NCBI RefSeq assembly: GCF_006345805.1
Contig: NW_021833028.1
Coordinates: 1 to 64,000, forward strand
DNA: 64,000 nucleotides
DNA from: Octopus sinensis
Taxonomy: Eukaryota
Reading direction: 5' to 3'
Under the pieces are notes generated by a model. That model was not told where the DNA came from. It saw nothing but the letters and a program-made list of their open reading frames with translations, and ran no database searches. The translations under genes and the position numbers were made by a program. Below are positions 13,798 to 26,021 of the stretch, piece after piece; positions within the stretch are counted from its first letter, which is position 1, and the number at the start of each line of letters is the position of its first letter.

Positions 13798-14469
13798 ATG
13801 TCCTCACCGGTTGAGAGAAGTTATATTTTCTTCAACGAATTCCCCCTCCTCAAATTCAGTCAAAGCGTTTACAAATACAGAAGCAATTATCACAATACGA
13901 ACAACAACTATTTTTTTCCTGAATGGTACCCTCCCGAACAGAGTCAGTTTGTAGCCCAGGAGTGCTTAAATCAGCCTCATTATTTGTATCCACCTCAGTT
14001 TGCTGACATGAGTTACTATGATTCATTTTTTTTGAATCAAAATTTTATTCCCACGAGGTTTATTCCTACTGACAATAATATCTTACCTGACTACTCAAAC
14101 TTGTATTCTTCAGGAATAAATAGCAATGACCAAAATTATGCCGGGATGAGTTATGATCTGTTGTGTCAAGATAAAACGAGTACTCACTATGATCAGAATT
14201 TATCAAATTGTCAAATTCCTAAATACGAAACTTTTCCAAAGGAAATTGAAAAAATTGAGAAGCGCAGACTTTCGAATAAATTGGCAGCTCGTCGTTGTCG
14301 TCTTAAAAAATTTGAGTATATAAAGCAATTGGATGGTAAAATTCAATTATATGACAATTATATAAAAAATGTTGAACAAATCGAAGATTCTTTGCCCGAA
14401 GAAGAAACTTTGTTGAAGTCGGTTTTTGCAGTTTTGAAATCTAAATTGTCTAACTTTTTACTTAAATAA
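13798..14469 (+). CDS. Intronless bZIP transcription factor (AP-1/ATF-CREB-like basic region)
   Basis: Basic region EKRRLSNKLAARRCRLKKFEYIKQL followed by a heptad zipper; N-terminus rich in Y, N, P and Q. Confidence 0.85.
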   Translation: MSSPVERSYIFFNEFPLLKFSQSVYKYRSNYHNTNNNYFFPEWYPPEQSQFVAQECLNQPHYLYPPQFADMSYYDSFFLNQNFIPTRFIPTDNNILPDYSNLYSSGINSNDQNYAGMSYDLLCQDKTSTHYDQNLSNCQIPKYETFPKEIEKIEKRRLSNKLAARRCRLKKFEYIKQLDGKIQLYDNYIKNVEQIEDSLPEEETLLKSVFAVLKSKLSNFLLK

Positions 14470-14694
14470 TTATTTTAATTTGTTTTTTAAACCTTTCTAA
14501 AAATGATTTTTTAACAAAATTCGTTATTTTCACAAAATATGTTAAAAAGATAAAAATCAATTCTCAAATTCTGATGGACATCCATTTAACAAAAAGTAAG
14601 CCATTCTACTCATTTAATTCAATCGAGTTGATTACTTTTTGAGCAATTTCATAAATCACGTTTCGGGAATTCAACTGACCAGATTTAATTAAAA

Positions 14695-14770
14695 TGAGTC
14701 GGATGACTCACTTTTGAATATTCTAGTGTTCACAGATCTGAAATGACTCATTTTATAAGAATACGAGTCA
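14695..14770. promoter_or_regulatory. Cluster of AP-1-like sites
   Basis: TGACTCA at 14704 and 14744; 6/7 matches TGAGTCG at 14695 and CGAGTCA at 14764. Confidence 0.35.
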
Positions 14771-15845
14771 CAGATCGAGTCCGATCTCCATAGAAATCCT
14801 GAATTCTAGATGGCGACATTTTGGCCAGATATTAAGACTGGGCAGTTTCACTCTGCCAAACATCGGGATAGAAATCTATTTAATCCAACCCGAAGGGGTA
14901 TTCTGTGGAAATCCCAGAGTCACCCTACCTGCCGGATTAAACCAAGATTTAGCAAAACTAAACAGAAAACTGCAAAATATAGAGAATCTCGATGTCTAAA
15001 AGCATTAGCAAGTAACAAGGGGGCCATGAAAACACATGTGCAAAAGGATATTAATCGTGGAATAGGAAAACTAGTTTATGATAGTTAAGTTTATGATTTG
15101 CGTAAGTGACAAATAATAATAATAATTCAAACAGCAAAAATAATTGTAATTCTAGGTCATTTTTGAGGCACAAAAAAGATTACAATTTTTTATTCGCATT
15201 TCTCCTGCCATTTCTATTTTATCTGAATGTCTTCTAATTCTGAATACTAGTATCACAAATTTTACGTGATGATTAGTGACATTGACACGTTTTTAAGTTA
15301 TTCGTATAAAATAAATTTTGCAAAGTCTGCTACCAATTGCTAATGACATCATGAAAACATACTTTGGGTCTTCTTCGAGACAGGCCACGGACGACACTAC
15401 CACTGAGCATAAATAATGAACTAAAGCATGCCGGATTTTTACTAAAAATAGAGATGCCCTAGACAGCCTTCGAAAAATAGCAATCTCAAGAGGGTGTGTC
15501 TAACAGACAAAATCGTCCAGGATTTAGCACAAGGGGAAAAAACATTATTAATTCCTTATTCTCGCGAATGTGCTAATAATTATCCCTCTGTCTTGGAAAT
15601 TTCAAAATTTCTTCTGAGACTCGTTTTTGGTTTTAATCTGTCAGCAAATTCATTCTTTTAAAATCTATATCGACGCTACTAATAGTTTTATATACAACCA
15701 GTGGGGGAGTGAATAAATAAACATCCACTCTCTGATTTCTACTGCAATTTTATTGGATTTTTTCATGCTTTGACCAACAGAGGTTAATTAGCGTTTTATC
15801 GCAAAATATTCGACAACATAGTAAATTAAGAGTGAAAAATGAGTG

Positions 15846-16965
15846 TTAGAAGGTGGGAATGTAATTGTCCATTTTATTGGTGTTCCCGTGAGTAATGCAC
15901 TCACATATCCAACTAATGTTCCTGATTTCCTGTTCCTTCAGCCGGACAAACGAATAAAACACGGAAAAACTGAACTGATTCATGAAGGAGTTGACATTCA
16001 GTTGCACCTCATGTTCCAACAACTTTTCCTCCAAGTCCTTACTCCCATCCTCGAAAATAAGTCGGTAGTCCTACGCTCGGGAACACAACCAACCGCATAA
16101 ATGTCGGCCACCGAGCGCACCTGGTCGTAGGTGTCAGCCATGGCCAGGCGCATGTACCCAAACGGGGACAGTCGGCCACAGTTGGGATACAATCTGAATC
16201 GGTCGTCCTTTGCCATTTCTGTGCGTCCGATGGAGTTTATTGTGATGAGAAAAACACGGCGGTCGGCCTCGAACTGCAATATTTCCTCCATCACTTGACG
16301 AGTCACTGAATCGAGAGTCCCCACATATTTATAAAAGTCCTCCAAATAGGCCTTGTACAGGGCATTCCGAATAATCTCAATGTTGGTCTCGTCCAAGTCC
16401 TGTTCCGACAGACACCCCGCAAAGTAGGGACCTACGTGAATCAAGCGACCCGACCCAGAGGAGTGTCCACCATTATGCTCCTGTACAAATCTTCGGATGA
16501 GGTAGCCAAGTGAACTGCCCCCATTTCGAGGAAACTGCCAAGGGGGTGACACTTTGGGAGAAGCTCGGCGATTGGGACGTCGTGTACTACGCCTGTGATG
16601 AGGAGGACGACATTCTCGATCATGTACCCATACCTGCCTTATCACTCACCACTACGTTATGTAGTCCAGGAACCGACTGAGTTGGCCTGTGGCGTGACTC
16701 CGAATGTAGTTGAATTGCGTCACAAAACTTTCTTGCAGTTTTTCTTCTATTTCGTTTACGTCCAGCACGTCCAGCTTGGAAATGGCCGTTTGATAGTCTG
16801 TTTCCTGGAGGTGGAGTTTTACGTCTAAGTGGGCACAGGTTGGGTACCTTCGAGGTTTTCCGACTGCATCAGATTCTGGTAGTCCGACCTGGTTAGAAGA
16901 CCTGATTTGAATCCCCGAACAATTCCTTCCAAATATCCGTAGTGAATGTTAAACGTGCAGCTCAT
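15846..16965 (-). CDS. ATP6V0D1: V-type proton ATPase V0 subunit d
   Basis: [24 protein letters not shown]; [12 protein letters not shown]; KCHPLGSF; [16 protein letters not shown]; FEADRR; four GT-AG introns of 22-23 nt. Confidence 0.96.
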
Positions 16966-17465
16966 TCTAACACTGCTAATTAATTCTATCAAACCACAAA
17001 ATGTTTATTAAATCGATTCTAATTCTATTTTATTTATCCCAATGAGCCAACTATTTTTCATCAAACAAACTAATTATTTTATTTGTGCAAATCTGGTTAG
17101 TTTTCTGCACGAAAGGAATGTGAATCCTTTATTTTTTAGTTCAAAAAATAACGCAGGGAACATAGCATAACATCATTTCGTGACCTGTCTGTAAAAGTGC
17201 AGAAAAATATATTTAATTGACAATGCTAGCAGTTGGTGGTATTCTTAGTGAGGCTTCCAAGTGGCACTTAGGAATACACTGCTGGCTGTACCACTCAATA
17301 AATTAATTAAATATCAATTCTCCGTGATTTAACAACCTGTCTTATCTGATCATGAGTTGTTGACACTGTCCGGACAATGTAGGCCTGTTTCCTCGATTTG
17401 CTGACATCCGGTCAAAACAATGCCATTTTCACCAAATTATCACATGATAAAATCAACACTAATAT

Positions 17466-18277
17466 TCATATATTATTCCAATTTTTAAAAGGTTTAACAT
17501 CAAGTGAGTAGTCCCCTTTTTCCATTCGTTCCAAACAGACTTTCTGGTCCTCTTGGAAGTATTTGTTTGACTCAACATCTAAAAGTAGTGACTCCTCTTT
17601 GTTTGGTTCGTCCGGGGCATTTTTTTCTTTCTCCTTGATATACTTCTTGTACTTGTAGCGATGGTTTTGGAACCATATTTTTACTTGTGTTGTTGTCAGG
17701 TTTATGCTTTTGGCCAACTGTTCCCTTTCGGGGGCCGACAAGTACTTTTGAGATCGAAAACGTGTCTCCAACTCTGCGTTTTGAGCGGGGGTGAACAAAT
17801 TCCTTCTCTTTCGCTTGGGGATGCTTGAATTGCTTATTTTCAACGACTCGTGTGGTCTGTACATGATGGGTTGTGTATTCATGCCTACATGTTTAAAAAC
17901 ATGCAATCTGACTGTTAGAGTAGTTATGCATAAAATTGTGGAATTGGGAGTTGATTGGCTGTACTTGGTAAGGGTATCGGTAATCATCTATATTCCTTTA
18001 TTAGTAAAACAATACAAGAAAAACTGCCTTCCAGGGGCCCGTTTTTTCGATTGTCGAGAGTACAGTAGTGGAAGTCCTGGTAGTAGTTGGTAGGAGGCAT
18101 ATTATGGTAGTTGAAGGGTGTGATAGCATATTCGTTGGAAGGGGGAAAGTCCGTCGAGTATGAGGGCATTAGGGGATAATTCTGACTGCGCGGTACGGAA
18201 TTGAACAAATTGTTATCCGTTGAGTTGTTGAGACGTTTTGAGTTTTGAGAAAACAAATTATGAGAGCTTGTCGACAT
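17466..18277 (-). CDS. NK2-class homeobox transcription factor
   Basis: Homeodomain [12 protein letters not shown]...[13 protein letters not shown]...[12 protein letters not shown] carries the NK2-diagnostic Tyr54; two micro-introns lie upstream of the homeobox. Confidence 0.92.
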
Positions 18278-18573
18278 TATTTGGTGCACTCTCGACGTTT
18301 CTTAATTGTTATCAACCGTCGCCAATATTTCTTAACTAATTTATGAACGCTACGTGTTCCGCATGTATTATACTCTGCTGAATATCAGTCGTGGACAAAA
18401 ATTGTTCACTCATCACACATTATTGAATGGTTTCCTCAATTAATCCAAACGGAATGAGGACACGAATAATAAATTTGATAATCCCGTGGAGATTTTTTGG
18501 GTGAATCCGTAATAAAAAGAGGTGGAAGATTATATTTTTTAATTTAAAATAAATTATCAGAGTGTTTGGTGTG

Positions 18574-20996
18574 ATGTCCTCGAAAATAAGAAGCATTCGA
18601 ATATATTCGACAATAAACGTATCCGAAAGTGTTATTACCCCAGAATGTGGTCTGTGTGGGGTCGGAAGGCACGGTGGAGGACAAATACTGGGTACTGACT
18701 ATCAACAGAAACGTCAGCCAAGACATGCTATTGGACTCAATGGAGGTACAGATATATATAATAAATTCAAGGATCGACAATTCAATCGCAGAGAACTCAA
18801 CCACGTACTCAGGAAACACAAAGTAGAGTTCAAGGCAGAGGGAGGAGACAGTTGAGTGACCATGACTGGTTGTAGAAGCCCTTCTGGCGTTCGGAATTCT
18901 GGGCTTTATCAAACTGGCGGACGGGTTCTACATGCTCGTAGTGACCAGGCGTTCGTACGTGGGGGATATTGGCCACCACAAAGTGTACAGCATTGCCCAT
19001 GTGGAGAATATTTACATTTCCAACACGTTCAATATTGTCCAGAGCAGGACGGAGAAAAAGTGATTTTGTGAGAATATTGCAGACTGTACAATTTGTTTAG
19101 TTCGGTGGACTTGACATGCCATTTTTACTTTTCCTACACCTACGACATGACCAATTCTTACCAACACAACAATCTTCACAACCAGCCTGCCAAACAGTTT
19201 ATGTGGAATGGATTTCTCCTTAAACATCTCCGTAGTCCCATTTGGCGTCTCACCCTCGTCCACGGATTCTTCAGGGAGTACAGTATGCCACTCTGCTCAC
19301 ATAGGAATTCACATATACGGAATCACACTGTCCATTGCTCTCCTCGCTCGAAGGTCGGCTCGATTTGCAGGCACAAGGTATCTTCGACGAGGCAGTGACG
19401 GACGAGTACGTTTAGCTACTCACATTCAGGGCAATGTAGCCAATCAAGTAGAAATCGAACATATTGTGTGTGACAGGTCTGTGGGTCTCCGAATTTCTTC
19501 TTTTGTTCAAATCAGGGGGTCAGTCCCACTTGTTTGGATGCAAGATTACAACACTGCCGGGAAAAGACCTCCTATTACTCGTACTTTCACTTTTCCTCAA
19601 AATAGTCTCCGTTTGTGATCCTCGATTCACTCTCACTGCTCGCCACTTTAATAAATTGCTGTACAGATTTGGATGTCCTCTTATTGTTCTCGACCTTGTT
19701 CGCAGAAATGTGACTTCCGACGAGTCCCAGTTGGGGGATCAACTCGAATCGGCTGTACAATACCTCAACCAATTCCTTCCGTCTGGAAACCGCATAGAAA
19801 TCATACATTTCGACATGAAAAAGTATTAATCTATGTCTATCAGTACTCCTAATGAACTGGTCTTGGGAAGGTTGAGGATGCTGAGTCGCCAGATTGTGGA
19901 CAGAACTAAATACTACGAGTGTATTGGACTGGACGAGCAGATGACACAATCCGGGGTTGTTCGCACTAACTGTGTCGACTGTCTTGACCGCACAAATATT
20001 GCCCAATTTGCCATCGGAAGATATGTTTTGGAACATCAGGCAATTGTTTCATTAATTAATGCAGATATTTAATTTGGGGTTGATTTCCATCCCTCGGCTG
20101 CATCCTGAATCAATTTATTCTGTGTTTGCTTTTCTAATTTAATTATTTTAGAACGTTTGAGAAACTCTACGATGAAATGGGGGATGCACTTTCATTTCAG
20201 TACGCAGGCTCTGGTCTAGTGCACTACATTCGTTATTATTACATCCCCTCAGACATCATATCCACGGCCACCGACATAATTCCCAATCTGTCACGATATT
20301 ACAGCAACACATTCTTTGGTATGTCTGCATTTAAGGAAGACTAGATAAAAAGAAACAAGCCTCTTTGGACTTGTTTTTGGGTTTATCATGCGAGGACTCG
20401 ATTCCGCACTCCTCGGAAGAACAGGCGAATGACCCAGCAGCAAATACACGGAAATACTACCGAGATTGTGCGTGGTTTGATCGTCAAATGCTTCAATATT
20501 TTCCACATTCCCCCTACCAAAGTGCTTGACTAATTGACTTGTAGTGACAAGAAATGAATTGAATCCTCAAAGAGTGGAGAAAAGAACGGAGTTTCCATTG
20601 CTCTATTCGACCACGACATTTCTCGCTGAGCGATTCGTAAATGCAAAAGTTGTGAGGACAAACTCCGAATTCAATGATTTTTACTCAAAAGTTGACAAAA
20701 AAGCAGGAATAAACAAACCGGCTTCCAAATTGGTGTGGACTGCTCTGCGGGTTGAGACTGGTGACTTGAAAATGCACAGAAAGTACTAGTTTGTGTCCCA
20801 CGTCTCCAGTTATGTGGACGCGTCACGAAATGTGGTCAAATTCGACGACTGTGCCCTCCTCAAAAGCATACACAACTCATTTTCAGTCCCAGACTACAAA
20901 CTGCACAAGAGAGGGGTACATAGTGCAGAAAAATTGCCACATGTCGACTCACATTCCATGCTAATATACCGCACAACAATCAAAGTTAAACAATAA
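18574..20996 (+). CDS. FIG4: SAC-domain PI(3,5)P2 5-phosphatase; 3' end provisional
   Basis: [10 protein letters not shown]; [10 protein letters not shown]; FMWNGFLL; [16 protein letters not shown]; [13 protein letters not shown]; [13 protein letters not shown]; catalytic [13 protein letters not shown]; [11 protein letters not shown]. Confidence 0.93.
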
Positions 20997-21004
20997 AGTA
21001 ATAG

Positions 21005-22327
21005 TCAACAAGCATGGTTGGGTGTCCATGGCCCCAAACTGGCAGATGCATAGTAGTCCATTGGATAGTCCTCCCGCCACGGGGTTGCCCCAACAGCCAC
21101 CATTCCTTCGTAGGGAGTCAACAGTGGTTTGTCATAAGCACGAGCCCAGTCAATGGAAAGACGAGGACAGGCAACCTGTACCCATCTGGGAATGCACATA
21201 ACAAACATACGCGTCAATAGCATCCCCGAAATGTGCCATTCGTGTGGGCGACAGTTCTGATATAAGCACAAGGACGAACGACCGACGAGCCTTTTCGAAT
21301 GTCTGTGCCAAACATTGCAGCACTTTGAGTGACCCCTGTCTCCCCAAAGTACCCAGAACTAGCCCAAAAGTATGTGCGGATGAGGCCAATTCAATATCCT
21401 TCCCACGGACACTCATCATTTGAGCATAGTCATAATATTCCCGTGTGAGTGTGCGAGTATAGGGACTGTAACTACAAGGAATCAACCCACCCAACTTATA
21501 GAGGGGAAGTCTCGGGTTAGCAATCATGAGAGCCTCGCTGTGGAATCTTCCATCGCCCACATAACTGGAAATGAGTGGAGGACTGACATGATTAGATCCA
21601 AGTCCTCCAATCGAGGGGCAGTACAGCCGAGTACTTCACACGAGGAAAGAGGCTTCTCTCTGGGCAGGACAATATTATAGAGAGGCAGACAAGTCTTTAA
21701 CTCCTAAAAATCATAAGCCGATAAGACATGAAGGCTTTTAATAAACTGGACTGTGCTCATCACAGCAATCCTCTCTCGGGGACTGAAATTGGCTTGAAGA
21801 GTGTCCACCAAGTGGGCAATATCGAAAGCAATGTCCACAAACACATACAGCAGACGAACAGACGACATTTGACTGACGGAGACTAGAGTGGCCAAACATA
21901 CCCACCCAGACAACTGTGGCCGTAATGAACCAGCAGATCCACGCCTAAGGACTCGGCAGTCAAGTCATCCACACAGCAGGCTCCGTAGATCACATCAGCC
22001 ATTATGATTACACTCACTCCGGGGGAGAACCTGCACTCCATTAGGTTACAAACCGTTCGAGGATATCCACAATCGTACAGGCAAAGAGGAATAGTCCTTC
22101 CGGCATTTGTAAGGCCACTGTTCGGGCTGATAGTTCTCTTATTCGCCAGAGTGTCTTTTCTATTTCAAAGTTGTAGTTTTCGGGTAGCTATCGTTAGTGG
22201 TGGAGGATACTGTTTTTATGGCTTCTTGAAGGGCCTTGTTGTCTTGGATGTCTCTGGGCATGCAACGCCGGCCTCGATGTCTTCGAATATTCCCCACTTT
22301 TTCCACACTCACTTCAAAATTGCTCAT
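21005..22327 (-). CDS. DPH1: Diphthamide biosynthesis protein 1
   Basis: [12 protein letters not shown]; VALQMPEGL; YGACCVDD; HYGHSCL; EVLGCT; LGTLGRQG; [11 protein letters not shown]; YPMDYYA; seven introns of 23-25 nt. Confidence 0.95.
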
Positions 22328-22379
22328 ATTGTCGATTCCCACTAGACCAATTAATATTTAAAATTTAAATATTTTATTA
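22328..22379. promoter_or_regulatory. Putative bidirectional promoter shared by DPH1 and NTHL1
   Basis: Only 52 bp, mostly A/T, separate the two divergent ATGs. Confidence 0.5.
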
Positions 22380-23132
22380 ATGAAACAGAATGAGGTGTGG
22401 TGGCACCAGTATAACGGGATTGTCAAAATGAGGTCCTCGATAACCAGTCCAGTGGACACAATGGGATGTCACATGCTCGGGGATAAAAGAGCATCCCCCA
22501 AGGATTTCCGCTATCAAACCCTCATTGGAGCCATGTTGTCCAGTCAGACCAAAGACCAAGTGACAGCCCAGGCAATGGACAACCTCAGGACTAATTTGGC
22601 CAAAGTGGATGTCGAGAATGTGTCCAAACTGACCAAATCAGCCTTATCCAACATAATAAAACCAGTCGGCTTTTTCAACGTAATAATCCTGACTAGTCCA
22701 GTAGAAGAAGGCAGAATATATTCTGAGAGTGACGAATATGATCAGGCAAGAGGGGGACATTCCAGACACATTGGAGGGTCTCTGCAGACTTCCAGGCGTG
22801 GGCAAGAAAATGGCCAATTTAGTCATGAATATTGCATGGGGAAAAAACGTGGGGATAGCTGTGGACACACACGTGCATAGAATTGTCAATCGACTTGGAT
22901 GGTTTGGAGGAGGTTGTGCAAATCCGGAAAAGACACGTCGACTGTTGGAAGCAAATATTCCCAGGTATTTGTCCAGGTTGAGTGAAGAGAGCATTGGGGG
23001 CAGATTAATGCTGTTCTCGTAGGCTTTGGGCAGTCCATTTGCACGGCCATTTCTCCAAAATGTCATTTGTGTGCTGTTTCTCCCCTTTGTCCTTTTTTTC
23101 CCTTAATAATAAAGATGGGCATTGATTTATGA
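22380..23132 (+). CDS. NTHL1: Endonuclease III-like DNA glycosylase/AP lyase
   Basis: APVD-like SPVDTMGC; LSSQTKD; HhH motif LPGVGKKMA; VDTHVHRI; 4Fe-4S motif C-x6-C-x2-C-x5-C ([17 protein letters not shown]). Confidence 0.95.
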
Positions 23133-23218
23133 AGTTTGCTACAAAAAATGAATTTGATTATATCGAAATTTATTTATTAGTCATTTTGTGTTGTAATTTT
23201 AAATTTTAAATAATATCG

Positions 23219-23692
23219 ATGAAGTCTGTGGTGGAGTGTGATGATGTGGATAACGCCTGTGATCTGAGATATATTTTCAAGTCCAATGTGTTAAAGAAGG
23301 AGGAAATAACAGACGAAGAACTATTATTTGGCCACAACAGTTCAATTCCAGGAGATTTCACTGTAACCCACATCGGGACACTCCCCAAAAGTGTCCATAG
23401 TCTTAAAAAATGTAAATTTCTTGATTTTGGATGTCAGTGGCGGCAGAAGTGAGGAAATGTCTCATCCACTCGCCTGAACAAGTCAAAGGCAGTCTCCAGA
23501 AAATAAATCCTGAGGAGGATTGTGCCACGATTGACGACTCCTGGGCTGACTGTGATTTATTCGACGATCATTCAAGCCTTGGAAGACAGCAGTCGGGATT
23601 CTGGGTTTAATGACACGACTGATGGCCTGGTGTGGGATGACCACGTTTCCGACCAGTTATTTTGTTCTGTTGAGAGTATTTACCCAGAATAA
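23219..23692 (+). CDS. Small acidic hypothetical protein, about two micro-introns
   Basis: Exonic GC content and plausible GT-AG junctions give ...IGTLPK...AAEVRKCL...DSSRDSGFNDTTDGLVWDD...IYPE*. Confidence 0.55.
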
Positions 23693-23841
23693 ATCAATTC
23701 TTTTGGTTGTTTTTTAGGCAAAAATGTCTGAATAACGTGACAAGTTATTTTATTTATTTATCATAATAAATAATTAAAAAAATTATATTGTAAAAAAATA
23801 AATAATTTATTTTAGAATACATTTTTAAAGTTAGTTGATAT

Positions 23842-26021
23842 ATGAATAGCCAAATTTATCTTTCAGGAATCGTCGAAGGTTTTTCTGGGCTTAATTTGAA
23901 AGGGTTTTATGGAATTTCGTGGACTCATTCACAAAGACTGGCCCTGTTCAATCGGATGGGCCAACTACACCTCAACACATATATCTACGCCCCCAAGGAC
24001 GACCCCAAACATCGACTGCAGTGGAGAGTTCTCTACGATGACACAGAACTAAGTATTTTTCTCACATTCCTCAGACAATTTCCAAAAACTGATCGAAACC
24101 AGTTCGGAAAATAATGTGGAATTGATTTATGCCATTTCCCCAGGATTAGATATTGTCTACTCGTCCGGAGAAGATGTCCAAAAACTACTCGCCAAACTAT
24201 GCCAAGTAAGGAGAATTAATCAGCAGATCCAACAACTCGGCTGCAATTCTTTCGGACTGTTTTTCGACGATATTGACCTCAAAATGAGCGAGAGGGACCA
24301 AGCCGTGTTTCCGTCACTCGCGGGGGCTCAGGTCGACCTCACCAACCGAATATTCACGTATTTGAATCCTCGTCTGTTCCTGTTCTGTCCGACGGGTTTC
24401 CCTGTCTGTTTAGTCGTAGTGTACTGTACGAGTTATGCAAACAAAAAGACATGTTGGGACTATTTGGTCTCCATTGGGAATTGTCTGCTGTCGGGAATAG
24501 ACATTTTGTGGACTGGGGACTCGGTCATTGCCAGGACAATCAGTGCAGATTCTTTATCCTGCATAAACTCGGTGATATGTCGACAGTGATTTGCAGATGA
24601 TGAATCGTCCAGTGATAATTTGGGACAATATTCACAGCAATGACAGTCGCCAACATATGCTTAATCTTGGTCCCTACTCTTCGAGGGATCCGGGGATAAT
24701 TCACGTGACCAGAGGAGTATTTCTTAACCCCAATATGGAATTTGAGTGCAATACGTTTCCTATTCTCACTTTTGTTGATTGGCTGAACTGGTCGGTCACC
24801 CAATCGAGTTACAAAGAGGCTCAACTTGGGTTTCTTGACCAAATCAACTCGTTCGATGACACGCCTGGATTCATTCACTCCAGAAAATTGTCTTCTGAGC
24901 CTATGGAGATTGACAGAGTTCAGTTGCCCCTTATTCGGGCAGTGGAGGTGTCTGATTTGGACCTGTTGATCAACTTGTTCTATCTCCCATTCGAATTCTC
25001 CGAGTCGGGAAGAGACATCATTTCCCAATACGCGTGGCTGACGGATAACTGTGGCTGTGCTCAGGGGAGAGTCGAGTCCCTCGCGTACTGTGAGTGGAGG
25101 ACAAGGATGACTTCCTTTCTCACCCAAATTGAGCAGATTGTGTTTGTACTGGGCAGAATTGCCTCAATGCCCAACCGAGTAATTTCTGATGAACTGGCTC
25201 CCTACATTTGCCACCTCCGATGGACTCTTCAACACGTTTTTGTGGTTCTCACTTGGCTGAGTTGTCCGATGTCTTCATTCTGTAGATCTCGGTAAGTTCA
25301 GGGGCGACTTGATTCCCGGGAAGGAAAATAAAAGTGTAGACTTGATGGAATTCGATGCCGTTGAGTCCGAATCGTTTATTCTCATCAACGAACTCAAAGT
25401 AGCACTCCATCTTATAGAAGCTTATTCAACCGATCGGCCACCTCCCTGATTTGACCCACCAGCCACCCCTCCTTCTCTTTCCTCATTATAAGGTGGTTGT
25501 CTATGATGAGGCAATTCACGCTGTTTGTTAGTCCTTCTTTATTGTAGAATTTGGTTATGGATTTTGGGATTGTGTGGAACAGTTCTGTCGGGGGGGATGA
25601 CTCGGTCCTTCTCCAAACAATGGCCATGGACTCTTTTTTTACTTTTTTGCTCTGTGATGTAGCAGACGGGGACAGAATTGTTGGGTTTGTCACGGCCTCG
25701 CTGACACCGGAGGATTATAATGACTTTTATTCGAATCTCGTGGCTGTCGAGGGGATGAGTGATGGAGCCCTTTCCTTCATGAGGATGTGTCTGTCGGAGG
25801 ATATGGGGGACCATAATGCAGTCATCCACTTGTTCGAGGCATTGAGCACGGCACTCCAATTCAACGGAATGGAGAGTGTTTATACTGAAGTGGCGGGGAG
25901 TGATGTGGAGATGATGGCTGTGTTGGCAGACCGTCTTGGATTTTCGGATGTGTCGGTTTTCTATCGATTTCAAAAGAATATTCATATTTTCGGACGAACT
26001 TTTCACCCTATATCCAAATAA
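23842..26021 (+). CDS. OGA: O-GlcNAcase (GH84 domain, stalk and pseudo-HAT)
   Basis: Spliced GIVEGFYG; YIYAPKDD; YAISPGLD; catalytic FFDDID; CPTVYC; WTGD; WDNIHSND; LNPNMEFE; C-terminal GNAT-like region (25551-26021). Confidence 0.93.

Noticed and set aside
17988-18027. GC-AG first intron in the NK2 gene
   Set aside because: A canonical 28-nt GT-AG intron (gtattg...aatatag) gives the same downstream frame, so a GC donor is not needed.
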